In this document: piece after piece, positions 31,378 to 40,911 of the stretch
Numbering within the stretch: the first letter of the stretch is position 1
How the letters are laid out: each line of letters begins with the position of its first letter
Source: Myxococcota bacterium
GTDB taxonomy: Bacteria > Myxococcota > XYA12-FULL-58-9 > JALHOP01
Assembly: GCA_041288095.1 (NCBI GenBank)
Contig: JBGGMJ010000031.1
Coordinates: forward strand, 1 to 47,867
Reading direction: 5' to 3'
DNA length: 47,867 nucleotides
The notes under the pieces: generated by a model
What the model was told of the DNA's origin: nothing
Database searches by the model: none
The model's input: the letters and a program-made list of their open reading frames with translations, nothing else
Made by a program: the position numbers and the translations under genes

Positions 31378-31485
31378 GGGACACACACCATTTTCAGTGT
31401 CGTTGACGCTCTTCGGAAGCCAAGGGAACAGCGCGGCCCACCACTGCGAGCAGAGGCAATGCAGTCGGAAAATGGTGTGTGTCCC
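31378..31485. repeat. Inverted-repeat element (MITE/REP-doublet-like), 108 bp
   Basis: Perfect 18-bp terminal inverted repeats GGGACACACACCATTTTC / GAAAATGGTGTGTGTCCC. Confidence 0.8.
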
Positions 31486-31559
31486 CACGACGCGGAGCGA
31501 TGCATTGCCGATAAGAAGGCGTTAAGTTATCAAGTGCGCCCAATTAAAGGGTTTTAGCG

Positions 31560-32267
31560 GTGACCACGTTACCCTTCGACATCGACCCCGAAAGCCGTTC
31601 GCTGGTGCCGGCATCGCTGCCGGACGTCGGGGCCCGGTTTTACGAGCCGGCCGGTGAGAACGGGGTGTCCCGGGTCTTCGCCGAGGTCTACGCGCGCGCC
31701 TTCCTGCCGACGCAGCACGGGGAGTTCGCCGTCCTCGTCTTCCGCAACAACCAGGACGAGCAAGAGCACGTCGCGTTGGTGCGCGGTGAGGTGCGCGGAC
31801 ACGAGCGCGTGCCGATGCGCGTCCACTCCGAGTGCCTGACCGGCGACGTCTTGGGATCGCTGCGTTGCGATTGTCGTGCACAGCTCGATCTCGCGCTCGA
31901 GACCTTGGGCCAGAGTGAGCGCGGCATCTTGCTCTACATGCGCCAAGAAGGTCGCGGCATTGGTCTCGGTAACAAGATCCGCGCCTACGCGTTGCAAGAG
32001 CAGGGCTTCGACACCGTCGACGCCAATCGTCACCTCGGCTTCGACGACGACCTGCGCGACTACACCATCGCTGGTCTCATGGTACGCGCCCTGGCGCCCA
32101 CGTCGGTCGAGATGTTCACCAACAACCCACGCAAGATCTTCGGCCTGAAGCGGCTCGGCGTCGCCGTCGAGGCACGCCTGCCGCTGGTCACCGAGCCCAC
32201 GCCGGAGAACGAGCGCTATTTGCTGACCAAGGCGCGCCGGTCGGGGCACATCATCCCGCTGCCGTGA
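31560..32267 (+). CDS. ribA: GTP cyclohydrolase II
   Basis: RVHSECLTGDVLGSLRCDC, QEGRGIGLGNKIRAY, TNNPRK. Confidence 0.97.
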   Translation: MTTLPFDIDPESRSLVPASLPDVGARFYEPAGENGVSRVFAEVYARAFLPTQHGEFAVLVFRNNQDEQEHVALVRGEVRGHERVPMRVHSECLTGDVLGSLRCDCRAQLDLALETLGQSERGILLYMRQEGRGIGLGNKIRAYALQEQGFDTVDANRHLGFDDDLRDYTIAGLMVRALAPTSVEMFTNNPRKIFGLKRLGVAVEARLPLVTEPTPENERYLLTKARRSGHIIPLP

Positions 32268-33400
32268 CCGTTTCAGCGGATGTGAAGGCGAGGGGCACCG
32301 CGCGTTTGCGTGAGCGGGCACGGTCGCACCTCTTGCTCGACGCCAACGCGGATATGCCCGTCCGCTCGGAAGCTCTCGAGGCCTATCTCGCAGCGGCGGC
32401 GCTCGTCGCTTTTCCGCATGAGGCGGCAGCGCGCGCGCAGAAGGCGCGTCTCACGATTGCGGACCTCCTCGGCTGCGCACCCTCGGAGCTGGTATTCACG
32501 AGCGGCGGCACCGAGGCCGATGCTGTCGCGCTCCAGATCGTGCAGGGAGGGGGAACGCGCACTCTCGCCGTGAGCGCCATCGAGCATTCGGCCGTCACCA
32601 AGACCGCCGCGCTCTTGAGCAAGCGGGCCGGCCGCGAGCTGGTGAAAGTCCCTGTCGAGCGAAGCGGCATCGTCGATGTCGCGGCGGTGCGCGCTCTGCC
32701 CGCCGGCGTCGGCTTGTCGCTGGTCGCCGCGAGCAACGAGATGGGTGCCATTCAGCCGGTGTTCGAAATAGCGCAAATCGTCCGGGGTTCCGCGACTCTG
32801 GTGCACACCGACGCCGCGCAGCTCCCCGGGCGAGCCGTGTGTGACGTCGCCAAGCTCGGCGCCGATGTCGTGACGTTCTCGTCGCATAAAGTCGGCGCTC
32901 CCGGCGGCCTGGGAGTCGTCGTCGTCCGCAATGGTCTGCCGATTTCTCGGCCCTCGTCGTCGAGCTCCGAGCATGTCGCGAGCCTGGTCGCGCTTGCCGC
33001 GGCGCTTTCGTCGCTGCCGAGCGCGAGCGAACGCTCCGCGATCGCGGCCTGTCGAGATGCCATCGAGCAGGGGCTGCGGACCGGCCTGCGCGACGTCTGG
33101 GTCGTGGCCGGAGACGTTCCGCGCCTCGCCAACACCACCTGCATCGGCTTTTCCGGCTGCGAAGGTGACGCCGTGATGATGGCCCTCGACGTGCGCGGCA
33201 TCGCCGTGAGCACGGGGAGCGCGTGCAGCTCGGGCTCGATCGAGGCGTCACCCGTCCTGCTCGGCATGGGTCTCACGGCCCGCGAGGCCAAGAGCACGAT
33301 TCGCATCTCGCTGCCGCGCGTGCTCGATGCTCCTGACACCCAGCGCGTCGTCGACACCATCGTCGAGGTCGTGACGGCGGCGCGCGCAATGTCTGCTTGA
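32264..33400 (+). CDS. Cysteine desulfurase family protein (IscS/NifS-like, divergent)
   Basis: FTSGGTE, SAIEH, HTDAAQ, SSHK, STGSACSSG; GTGA overlap with ribA. Confidence 0.88.
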   Translation: MTVSADVKARGTARLRERARSHLLLDANADMPVRSEALEAYLAAAALVAFPHEAAARAQKARLTIADLLGCAPSELVFTSGGTEADAVALQIVQGGGTRTLAVSAIEHSAVTKTAALLSKRAGRELVKVPVERSGIVDVAAVRALPAGVGLSLVAASNEMGAIQPVFEIAQIVRGSATLVHTDAAQLPGRAVCDVAKLGADVVTFSSHKVGAPGGLGVVVVRNGLPISRPSSSSSEHVASLVALAAALSSLPSASERSAIAACRDAIEQGLRTGLRDVWVVAGDVPRLANTTCIGFSGCEGDAVMMALDVRGIAVSTGSACSSGSIEASPVLLGMGLTAREAKSTIRISLPRVLDAPDTQRVVDTIVEVVTAARAMSA

Positions 33401-33407
33401 GCGGTCG

Positions 33408-34268
33408 CTACTTCGGGATGGCTTTCAAGACGGCCTTGCCATCCTTGATGGCAACCCTGAACTCGACGCGCTCGCAGCCGAGCTGAGCCTTCACGGCGGC
33501 GCTCTGCTTGCGGATGGTTTCGGCGAGCGCTTCCACGGAGACAGGCTTGCTCTCGCCGGTCTGCGCGCGGGCGGCGGTGAAGGCGGCGTGGAGTTGCCGA
33601 ATCGGATCGACGGGCGCGGCGGGTGGGGCGGCAGGCCGCGGGGCAGGCGCTGGCGCTCGGTTATCGACCATCGGCTTTCGGCTATCGGCCATCGGCGCTC
33701 GGCTATCGGCCATCGGCTTTCGGCCATCGGCTATCGGCGCTCGGTTATCGGCTATCGGTATTCGGCCATCGGCCGTCGGCGATCGGTTGGCGACCGCGCC
33801 CGCCTTCTGCAACAGCCCCTTCTCCCGCAGCTCCCGCAGCACATCTCCATCATCCGGCTCGAGGCTCTTCAAGGCATCGTCCGGCTCGAGACCGGCGAGC
33901 TCCTTGCTCAAGTCGTTCACCGGCTCTGCGTCCTCGATGAGCTCGACGTCGTCGGTCACGTCCTTCATCGCTTGCAGGTGCTTCTGCGCCTTGAGCCTGT
34001 CGCGCTTGAAAGTCCCGTCTTCGATCTGACGGACGATGCGGTCCCAATGATTCTCGTAGGTAACGAACGTCGCCTGCGTCGACTGCAGCTTGAACTTGTA
34101 GGCGGTGTTGTTGCTCCGCACGGTCATCAGGCGGCGTAGCTCCTTCTTCAGCCGGTCGCGTTCCTTGACCGGCTCGTGGCGCTCCACGCCCGCGAAGTAC
34201 TGCTCATAAGCGATACGCAGCTTCTGCACGGAGTCGGCTAGTGCTTGCGCGTCGTCGAGCTCGGTCAA
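33408..34268 (-). CDS. Conserved myxobacterial protein (MXAN_5187 C-terminal-domain-like)
   Basis: LRIAYEQYFAGVERHEP, YENHWDRIVRQIEDG, C-terminal VEFRVAIKDGKAVLKAIPK; TTGA overlap with dacB. Confidence 0.82.
   Translation of the reverse strand: MTELDDAQALADSVQKLRIAYEQYFAGVERHEPVKERDRLKKELRRLMTVRSNNTAYKFKLQSTQATFVTYENHWDRIVRQIEDGTFKRDRLKAQKHLQAMKDVTDDVELIEDAEPVNDLSKELAGLEPDDALKSLEPDDGDVLRELREKGLLQKAGAVANRSPTADGRIPIADNRAPIADGRKPMADSRAPMADSRKPMVDNRAPAPAPRPAAPPAAPVDPIRQLHAAFTAARAQTGESKPVSVEALAETIRKQSAAVKAQLGCERVEFRVAIKDGKAVLKAIPK
33653..33785. repeat. Degenerate 7-bp tandem repeat (19 units, consensus GCYATCG) inside a CDS
   Basis: gcgctcg gttatcg accatcg gctttcg gctatcg gccatcg ...; translated as (PIADGRK/PMADSRA)n. 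Confidence 0.93.
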
Positions 34269-35806
34269 CGTTGAGCCTCGCGCGAGCGCGCCACGTCCTC
34301 CGGCGTCACGGCGCTCACTGGAAGGGAGGGTTGTGGTGGCGGATCGTCGAAGTTGGTCTGCGAAAACAGAATCGCGAGCTTGTCCTGCACCGACCAGATC
34401 TCGTCGATGGAGGCCTTGAAGTCGTTGACCAGGATCGAGAAGGCGACGGTGTCACCGCTCTTCGTCGTGACGTAGGCCGTCAAAGCGGACGCATTCGAGA
34501 GCGTACCGGTCTTGCCGCGCACCAGGTACTGCGCGTCGGTTTGACGCATGCGCGAGGTGAGGGTGCCGGCGGCCCCGGCGATGGCGAATGACGCCATGTA
34601 CTCGGGTCGGATCTTCCGCTGACTGAACATGTAGGCGTAGACCTGAACGAGCTCGCGCGGCGTGAAGCGATTGACGTCGTGGAGACCGCTGGCGTTCCTG
34701 ATGTCGAAGCTGCCACGGGCGAGGCCGACGTCATTGACCAAGAACTCGGTGATCGCCTTCTGCGCCTTGTCCCAGTTGCCGGGCGCGCCATAGAGCTCGG
34801 CGCCCAGGCCCAAGGCGATCATCTCGGCCATGAAGTTGTTCGAGTTCTTGTTCACCTTGTCGATGATCTCGGCGAGCCGAGGCGACGGCATCGACACGAA
34901 CGGTGTCTGCTCCGCCGGCGCGAGGCCCGACTTCACCGATCCGCGAACGCGGACACCAAGCTGGCCGAGCATGGTCTTCAAGACTTCACCGGTGAAAATC
35001 GGCGGGTTGTCGATCTTGCGCCAGTAGCCGCGGCCGCTGTCTTTCTTGGCGATGCGGCCGCTCACCGTGACGCTGCTCTTGTTCTTCTCCGGCTTCACGT
35101 CGACATCGATGTCGGTGCGGCCCTTCTCGATGGTCTCGACCTTGGCCTCGAGCGTCGCGTAATCGGACATCGGGTCGATCCAGACCCGTGCCGGCTGCCC
35201 CGGCGCTTGACCGGGCAGAACGTGGACGAGCAGGGCATTGAAGCCGAGCGACACCGCGCCTGTCGGCGCCATGTACGCGAAAGAAGACCGGTCCTGCTCC
35301 CAGCCGTTCGCCATGCGGGAGCCTTCGAAGTAGCTGTCGTCGACGACGATGCCGCCGCGAATCTCGCGCACGCCCGAGTAGTAGATGCGCGTCGCTAGGT
35401 ACCAGAGCCGCTCCGGAATGAGATACGGATCACCGTAGCCCTTGAGCACGAGGTCACCGGCGACGCTGCCTTGATCATCCACCTGGCAGAACACGTCGGT
35501 CTTGAAGCGATAGTCCGGCATCAAATGACGCAGCGCCGCGGCGGTCGTCACGAGCTTCACGTTCGACGCGGGAATGAGCTTCACGTCGGCATCGCGATTG
35601 AACAGCGGCACGCGGTCGTCGAGCCGCTCGGCGTAGACGGCGACCTTGGCGCTCCCGAGCTTGGGCTCCGAGAGGATCTCGGTGATCTGCGCTTCGAGCT
35701 GCTTGCGCACTTCGGCGTCACGGGGCCGCACCGGCGCCGCGAACACTTCACCACCAGTCGCGACCGCAACCAGCGCGAACAAAATCTTCAACGCGCAGCG
35801 AGTCAT
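34265..35806 (-). CDS. dacB: D-alanyl-D-alanine carboxypeptidase/endopeptidase (PBP4, peptidase S13)
   Basis: PASNVK, GYGDP, SNN, KTGTL motifs; signal peptide. Confidence 0.96.
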   Translation of the reverse strand: MTRCALKILFALVAVATGGEVFAAPVRPRDAEVRKQLEAQITEILSEPKLGSAKVAVYAERLDDRVPLFNRDADVKLIPASNVKLVTTAAALRHLMPDYRFKTDVFCQVDDQGSVAGDLVLKGYGDPYLIPERLWYLATRIYYSGVREIRGGIVVDDSYFEGSRMANGWEQDRSSFAYMAPTGAVSLGFNALLVHVLPGQAPGQPARVWIDPMSDYATLEAKVETIEKGRTDIDVDVKPEKNKSSVTVSGRIAKKDSGRGYWRKIDNPPIFTGEVLKTMLGQLGVRVRGSVKSGLAPAEQTPFVSMPSPRLAEIIDKVNKNSNNFMAEMIALGLGAELYGAPGNWDKAQKAITEFLVNDVGLARGSFDIRNASGLHDVNRFTPRELVQVYAYMFSQRKIRPEYMASFAIAGAAGTLTSRMRQTDAQYLVRGKTGTLSNASALTAYVTTKSGDTVAFSILVNDFKASIDEIWSVQDKLAILFSQTNFDDPPPQPSLPVSAVTPEDVARSREAQR

Positions 35807-36142
35807 AGCGCTAGCCAGCAACCCCCGTAGTCGAAGGACCAGAGTAGCGAGGAGGCGAAGAGGCGTCCACAGGTTTAGGACCCCTCAACGTACGTACCCC
35901 CAAGCAAGCGCAGAGGCGGGCCTCTGCCTCCGACCTGGCGTCACCGTTTCGAACGAACGCCACCAGGTGATCAACGCCAAGGCCACGAAATCCCCCGCCG
36001 CGGAGCCGCCCGACACGGCGCAACGTGGCCCTTCCGGAGTGAGGCAAAGCAGCCGTCAGGTTCCACGTTGCCTCTGTGGAACCTGACCTCTAGCGATTCG
36101 GCGGGCTCGATCTTGCGAGAGCCCAGCAGCCGCCGAAGCGCG

Positions 36143-36235
36143 AAATAAAAGGCTCGGTCTCCGACTGCATAAGTTGGGGGGGGAGGGATAACCAACCAAC
36201 GCAGCCGAAGACCGAGCCAACCTAATAAACGGCTG
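36143..36235 (-). ncRNA. Candidate small RNA with long stem, C-rich loop and U-tail
   Basis: 20-bp stem (36151-36170/36199-36218) whose three DNA mismatches are all G-U pairs on the minus strand; loop UUAUCCCUCCCCCC; tail UUUUAUUU; upstream TTGCCG-N17-TAAATC. Confidence 0.6.
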
Positions 36236-36346
36236 ATCAACGATTTACACTAAGCGAATTGTTGCGGCAAGCAGCATCCGGGTGCTGAAAACCCATAGAA
36301 CCTGAATTGCCGCGACTTTGCAGCGATCTAGGCAGATTATTTCGAG

Positions 36347-37087
36347 CTACCAGCGGCCTCGGAACGAGGAGCGGTCCATGCGGGCGCCACCGGGGGCCTG
36401 CGCGTACTGCGTCGGCGGCCGCTCGAGGTGGAACTGATACCACTGCTCTTTGTAACCCTTCATCTTGATCTTCTTGCCGTTCTGCACCGCGAGCAGTGAC
36501 TCGGCGACCTTGGCGTCACCCTTGGTCTCTTTGACGCCCTGCGCGAGCACCGCTTGCGCGCGATCGTTCTCGCCGATCTGCGACAAGAGATAGGCGTAGA
36601 GATTCCAGACCAGGCCCTGCTTCTTCGCCTTGCGCGTGACCAGGTCGAAGGTCGCCTTCATCTGCTCGTTGTTCTTCTTCTTGTAATAGAGAACGCCGAG
36701 CATGGCGCCGCCCAGCCAGTGACCGAACTTGAGCGACTTCTCGAGATACGGCAGCGCTTTGTTGAACTCTTGCTGCAGGTAATACATCACGCCGATCTGG
36801 GTATCGATCTGGCTGCGCACCCCGAACTGGTAGGGCGCGAAAGCGTACGCCTGCTGCATGGTGGCGATGGCGGCATCGATGCGCGGTGGCATGGTCTGCA
36901 GATGATTCGACGCGGTGGCGAAGACCGCCTCGACGCGCTTGAAAGTGCGACGGGCGAGCACGAAGTACGCAATAGCGGCCACGATGACGCCGGGCACCAC
37001 CGACTCGCCCAGACCAAGGAGCTTGGTGGCGAACAAGATGCCGAAGATCGCCGCGCCGGCGATGATGGCGAAGAGTAGGTTGCGCAT
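36347..37087 (-). CDS. TPR-containing membrane protein
   Basis: Two N-terminal TMs; TPR-like QIGVMYYLQQEFNKALPYLEKS; RBS GGAG. Confidence 0.88.
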   Translation of the reverse strand: MRNLLFAIIAGAAIFGILFATKLLGLGESVVPGVIVAAIAYFVLARRTFKRVEAVFATASNHLQTMPPRIDAAIATMQQAYAFAPYQFGVRSQIDTQIGVMYYLQQEFNKALPYLEKSLKFGHWLGGAMLGVLYYKKKNNEQMKATFDLVTRKAKKQGLVWNLYAYLLSQIGENDRAQAVLAQGVKETKGDAKVAESLLAVQNGKKIKMKGYKEQWYQFHLERPPTQYAQAPGGARMDRSSFRGRW

Positions 37088-37156
37088 GGACTGCTCCGGA
37101 AACCGCTTGGGTGGGGGCCTCTAGCAATGTAGTCACAGGTTGTAAAGGAAGCGTGG

Positions 37157-37945
37157 ATGCGGCCCATCGCCGACCTGCCGGATGCTGTAAGTCGTGGAGT
37201 CCGTTTGATGTTTTGCGACATCGACGACACCCTCACGACCCACGGGAAGCTCGACCGCGAAGCCTTCGACGCGCTCTGGAGACTGCGCGACGCGGCAATC
37301 AAGGTCGTCCCGGTGACTGGCCGGCCCGCCGGTTGGTGCGACGCCATCGTCCGTCAGTGGCCCGTGGATGCCGTGGTCGGCGAAAACGGAGCCTTCGTGT
37401 TTCACGAGGTCGCCGGCGTCTTGAAAGCCCGCTTTCATGCCCAAGCGATGAGCAACCGCGACGAGCTCGCCGCTGTTCGCGACACCATCTTGAAGGAAGT
37501 ACCCGGGAGCCGCGTCGCCAAGGACCAGCACTACCGACTGTTCGACCTGGCGATCGACTTCGCCGAGGAAGATCCGAAGCTCGATCTGGCGGCGGCGGAT
37601 CGTATTCGTGCGATCGCCGAGCGCTTGGGCTGCGTCGCCAAGGTGAGCTCGATCCACGTCAACATCTGGCTCGGCGGCTACGACAAGCTGTCGATGGCGC
37701 GTGAGACCGCGCGACATCTCTTCGGCATCGACGACGCCGCGCTCGCGTCGCAAGCCTTCTTCGTCGGCGATTCTCCAAACGACGCACCGATGTTCGCGGC
37801 CTTTCCACACAGCGCTGGGGTCGCCAACATCGCGAGGTTCGTCGCGAGCATGCGGCACTTGCCGGCCTACGTCGCGAGCCAACCCGGCGGGCGCGGGTTC
37901 GCCGAAGTCGCGAGCGTGTTGCTCGGTGCGAGAGGCGTATGCTAG
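37157..37945 (+). CDS. HAD-IIB family hydrolase
   Basis: DIDDTLT, VTGR, GENG, GDSPND. Confidence 0.93.
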   Translation: MRPIADLPDAVSRGVRLMFCDIDDTLTTHGKLDREAFDALWRLRDAAIKVVPVTGRPAGWCDAIVRQWPVDAVVGENGAFVFHEVAGVLKARFHAQAMSNRDELAAVRDTILKEVPGSRVAKDQHYRLFDLAIDFAEEDPKLDLAAADRIRAIAERLGCVAKVSSIHVNIWLGGYDKLSMARETARHLFGIDDAALASQAFFVGDSPNDAPMFAAFPHSAGVANIARFVASMRHLPAYVASQPGGRGFAEVASVLLGARGVC

Positions 37946-37954
37946 GCGCGGTGC

Positions 37955-38710
37955 ATGTCCGGACACAGTAAATGGTCGACGATCAAGCGCAAGAAGGGTG
38001 CGATCGACGCAGTCAAAGGTAGGATCTTCACCAAGCTGGTGCGCGAGCTCACCACCGCGGCGCGCATGGGTGGCGGAGACCCCAATGGCAATCCGCGATT
38101 GCGGGCAGCCATCACGGCCGCGAAAGCGGAGAGTATGCCGGGCGACAACATCACGCGCGCCATCAAGCGTGGCACCGGCGAGATCGAAGGTCCGCCGGTC
38201 GAAGAGCAATCGTACGAGGGCTACGGCCCGGGTGGTGTTGCCTTCCTCGTCGAAGCGCAGACCGACAACAAGAATCGCACCGTCGCCGAAGTACGTGCCG
38301 CCTTCACCAAGGGTCAAGGCAACATGGGCGCCGCCGGGAGCGTCGCCTGGATGTTCAACAAGCGCGGTCAGTTCGTCTTCGACGCCAAGAAGTACACAGA
38401 AGACCAACTCACCGAAGCGGCGCTCGAAGCCGGCGCCGAGGACGTCAAGACCGAAGGCGACAGCATCGTCATCTACTGCGATGTGAAAGACTTCGCGACG
38501 GTCATGACCGGGCTCGAGAAGCAGAAGATCGAGTTCCGCGAAGCGTCACTCACCATGATCCCGGGGAACACCGTGAAGGTGACCGGCGACGCGGCCACGG
38601 CGTGTATGAAGCTCATCGAGCGTCTCGAAGAGCTCGACGATGTGATGAAGGTCTACGCCAACTTCGACATCGATGACGCCGAGCTCGAGCGGATCGCCGC
38701 CGCCGGATGA
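37955..38710 (+). CDS. yebC: YebC/PmpR family protein
   Basis: MSGHSKWSTIKRKK, YEGYGPGG, TDNKNRT; precedes ruvC. Confidence 0.97.
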   Translation: MSGHSKWSTIKRKKGAIDAVKGRIFTKLVRELTTAARMGGGDPNGNPRLRAAITAAKAESMPGDNITRAIKRGTGEIEGPPVEEQSYEGYGPGGVAFLVEAQTDNKNRTVAEVRAAFTKGQGNMGAAGSVAWMFNKRGQFVFDAKKYTEDQLTEAALEAGAEDVKTEGDSIVIYCDVKDFATVMTGLEKQKIEFREASLTMIPGNTVKVTGDAATACMKLIERLEELDDVMKVYANFDIDDAELERIAAAG

Positions 38711-39231
38711 TCGTACTCGGCATCGACCCGGGCTCGCACCGCACCGGTTGGGGCGTCGTGCAGGTGAACGGCAATCGTTTGCTGCACGTCGCGTCGGGCG
38801 TGGTGCACGGCGACAGCGACAGTCTGCCAAAGCGGCTCGCGAATCTGGCCGACGGCCTCGACGCGATGCTCGGCAAGTATCGTCCCGAGGTCTTGTCCAT
38901 CGAGAGCATCTTCCACGCGAAGAACAGTCAGAGCGCCCTGCAGCTCGGCCACGCCCGCGGCATCGCGGTGCTTTGCGCGGTGCGCGCCGGCCTGTCCGTT
39001 TTCGAGTACACCCCTGGCCAGATCAAGCAGGCCACCACGGGACGCGGGCGCGCCGAGAAAGAACAAGTGCAGGAGATGGTTCGCATCATCTTGGGCATCG
39101 CTCCGAACGTCGAGCTCATCCTCGACCAGAGCGACGCGCTCGCCGCCGCCGTCTGCCACGCCCAGCTCCACGGCTCTGCCTCCGGTAAGTGGCAGGCCGC
39201 TATCGCGGAAGCCAAGAGAGCCGCGAAGTGA
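38707..39231 (+). CDS. ruvC: Holliday junction resolvase
   Basis: LGIDPG, LGHARG, GRAEKEQV, DQSDALA. Confidence 0.97.
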   Translation: MIVLGIDPGSHRTGWGVVQVNGNRLLHVASGVVHGDSDSLPKRLANLADGLDAMLGKYRPEVLSIESIFHAKNSQSALQLGHARGIAVLCAVRAGLSVFEYTPGQIKQATTGRGRAEKEQVQEMVRIILGIAPNVELILDQSDALAAAVCHAQLHGSASGKWQAAIAEAKRAAK

Positions 39232-39827
39232 TCGCGAGTCTGCGCGGCAAGCTCCTCGCCAAGAGCGCCGAGTCGGCCGTCATCGAGTGCGCTGGTGTCG
39301 GCTATGGCGTCTTCATGGCGATCGGCGCCCTCGCGAAGCTCGGACAGGTCGGCAGCGAGGTTCAGATCCTCGTGCACACGCACCTCACCCAGGACGCGCT
39401 ACGTTTGTTCGGCTTCTCGGAGGAGAGCGAGAAACGCGTGTTCGAGATTCTCATCTCGACGAGCGGTGTCGGCCCGAAGCTGGCGCTGGCCGTGCTGTCG
39501 ATCCTGTCGCCCGACGAGCTCGCGGGTGCTGTTGCTACAGCGGACAAATCGATTCTGACGCGCGTGCCCGGCGTCGGCGCCAAAAAAGCCGAGCGCTTGT
39601 TGGTGGACCTGAAGGGCCGTCTCGATGACGTAGCCATCGGCCCGATGCGCCCGAAGTCAGCGCCGCGTGCGACTTTGCTCGACGACTTGATGAGCGCCTT
39701 GGTTAACCTCGGCTTCCAGCCCAAGGACGCCGACCGCGCCGCCAAAACCGTGACTCACGACCACCCCGAAGAGCGCGATCTCGCGGTCCTGGTTCGCGAA
39801 GCCCTGCGATCTAGCTCCCGCAATTGA
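39228..39827 (+). CDS. ruvA: Holliday junction branch migration protein
   Basis: MIASLRG (GTGA overlap), GVGYG, SGVGPKLAL, PGVGAKKAER, ALVNLGF. Confidence 0.97.
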   Translation: MIASLRGKLLAKSAESAVIECAGVGYGVFMAIGALAKLGQVGSEVQILVHTHLTQDALRLFGFSEESEKRVFEILISTSGVGPKLALAVLSILSPDELAGAVATADKSILTRVPGVGAKKAERLLVDLKGRLDDVAIGPMRPKSAPRATLLDDLMSALVNLGFQPKDADRAAKTVTHDHPEERDLAVLVREALRSSSRN

Positions 39828-39858
39828 CTGTCGGGCCCTCGGAGTAGGGTAGGGTGCG

Positions 39859-40911
39859 ATGATGTCCGATCCAGGTTCAGAGCCCGCACCGGCGCGCGTC
39901 GTCAGCGCGCAGTCCCTCGCCGGCGAGGGCAATCAAGAGCTGTCGCTTCGGCCCAAGCTCTTCCATGAGCTCATTGGCCAGCACGAGCTCGTCGCCAACC
40001 TCAAAGTCTTCGTGCGCGCCGCCAAGGATCGCAAAGAGTCGCTCGATCACCTCTTGCTCTGCGGCCCGCCGGGTCTCGGCAAGACGACGCTCGCGCACCT
40101 CATCACGCGCGAGCTCGGTGTCGAGCTCCACGTCACCAGCGGTCCAGCCATCGAGCGTAAGGACCTCGCGGGCATTCTCTCGCACTTGAACGAAGGCGAC
40201 GTTCTCTTCATCGACGAGATCCACCGCCTCTCGCCGGTCGTCGAAGAGATCCTCTATCCGGCGATGGAAGACTTCAAATTCGACCTGATCTTGGGAGGCG
40301 GCCCGCACGCGCGCACCCTCGAGATGAAGCTGCCGCGCTTCACGCTCATCGGCGCGACGACGCGCACCGGTCTGCTCACCGGCCCGATGCGCGACCGCTT
40401 CGGCTTCATTGGCCGCCTGCAGTACTACAGCGACGCCGACCTCGAGCTGGTCGTGACCCGCTCCGCCGGCATCCTCGGCATCAAGTGCACCCAAGAGGGC
40501 GCCAAAGAGATCGCCTGCCGTTCGCGAGGCACGCCGCGCATCGCCAACCGGCTCTTGCGCCGGGTTCGCGACTTCGCCGAAGTCGAAGGGCAGGGTGTCA
40601 TCGACCTCGACATCGCCCAACACGCGCTCACCCGGTTGGGCATCGACCCCAACGGCTTCGACGAAATGGACCGTCGCTTCTTGTCTACGTTGGTCAACAA
40701 GTTCAACGGCGGCCCGGTCGGGGTCGAAACCCTCGGGGCGGCAATGGGTGAGGAGCCCGACACTCTCGAGCAGGTTTACGAGCCGTACCTCATCCAAGAG
40801 GGGTTTCTGGCGCGAACCCCGCGAGGCCGAATCGCCACTCTCCGGGCCTATGAGCTGCTCGGCGTGCCCCCCCCTCCGCAGGGCAGTGGTGGCCAAGGCG
40901 CGTTGTTTTAA
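39859..40911 (+). CDS. ruvB: Holliday junction branch migration helicase
   Basis: [43 protein letters not shown]. Confidence 0.98.
   Translation: MMSDPGSEPAPARVVSAQSLAGEGNQELSLRPKLFHELIGQHELVANLKVFVRAAKDRKESLDHLLLCGPPGLGKTTLAHLITRELGVELHVTSGPAIERKDLAGILSHLNEGDVLFIDEIHRLSPVVEEILYPAMEDFKFDLILGGGPHARTLEMKLPRFTLIGATTRTGLLTGPMRDRFGFIGRLQYYSDADLELVVTRSAGILGIKCTQEGAKEIACRSRGTPRIANRLLRRVRDFAEVEGQGVIDLDIAQHALTRLGIDPNGFDEMDRRFLSTLVNKFNGGPVGVETLGAAMGEEPDTLEQVYEPYLIQEGFLARTPRGRIATLRAYELLGVPPPPQGSGGQGALF

Noticed and set aside
31018-31559. FMN riboswitch upstream of ribA
   Set aside because: None of the conserved RFN sequence blocks is recognisable.
33653-33785. Tandem repeats as a CRISPR array
   Set aside because: 7-bp period without spacers, inside a reading frame.
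36056-36086. TCAGGTTCCAC-N9-GTGGAACCTGA as a parS site
   Set aside because: parS half-sites are contiguous; the 9-nt spacer makes this an ordinary hairpin.
35971-36240. 89-aa minus-strand ORF (and the 78-aa ORF at 35811..36047)
   Set aside because: No RBS, atypical codons, and the 89-aa frame runs through a hairpin and U-tract. The sRNA reading explains the region better.
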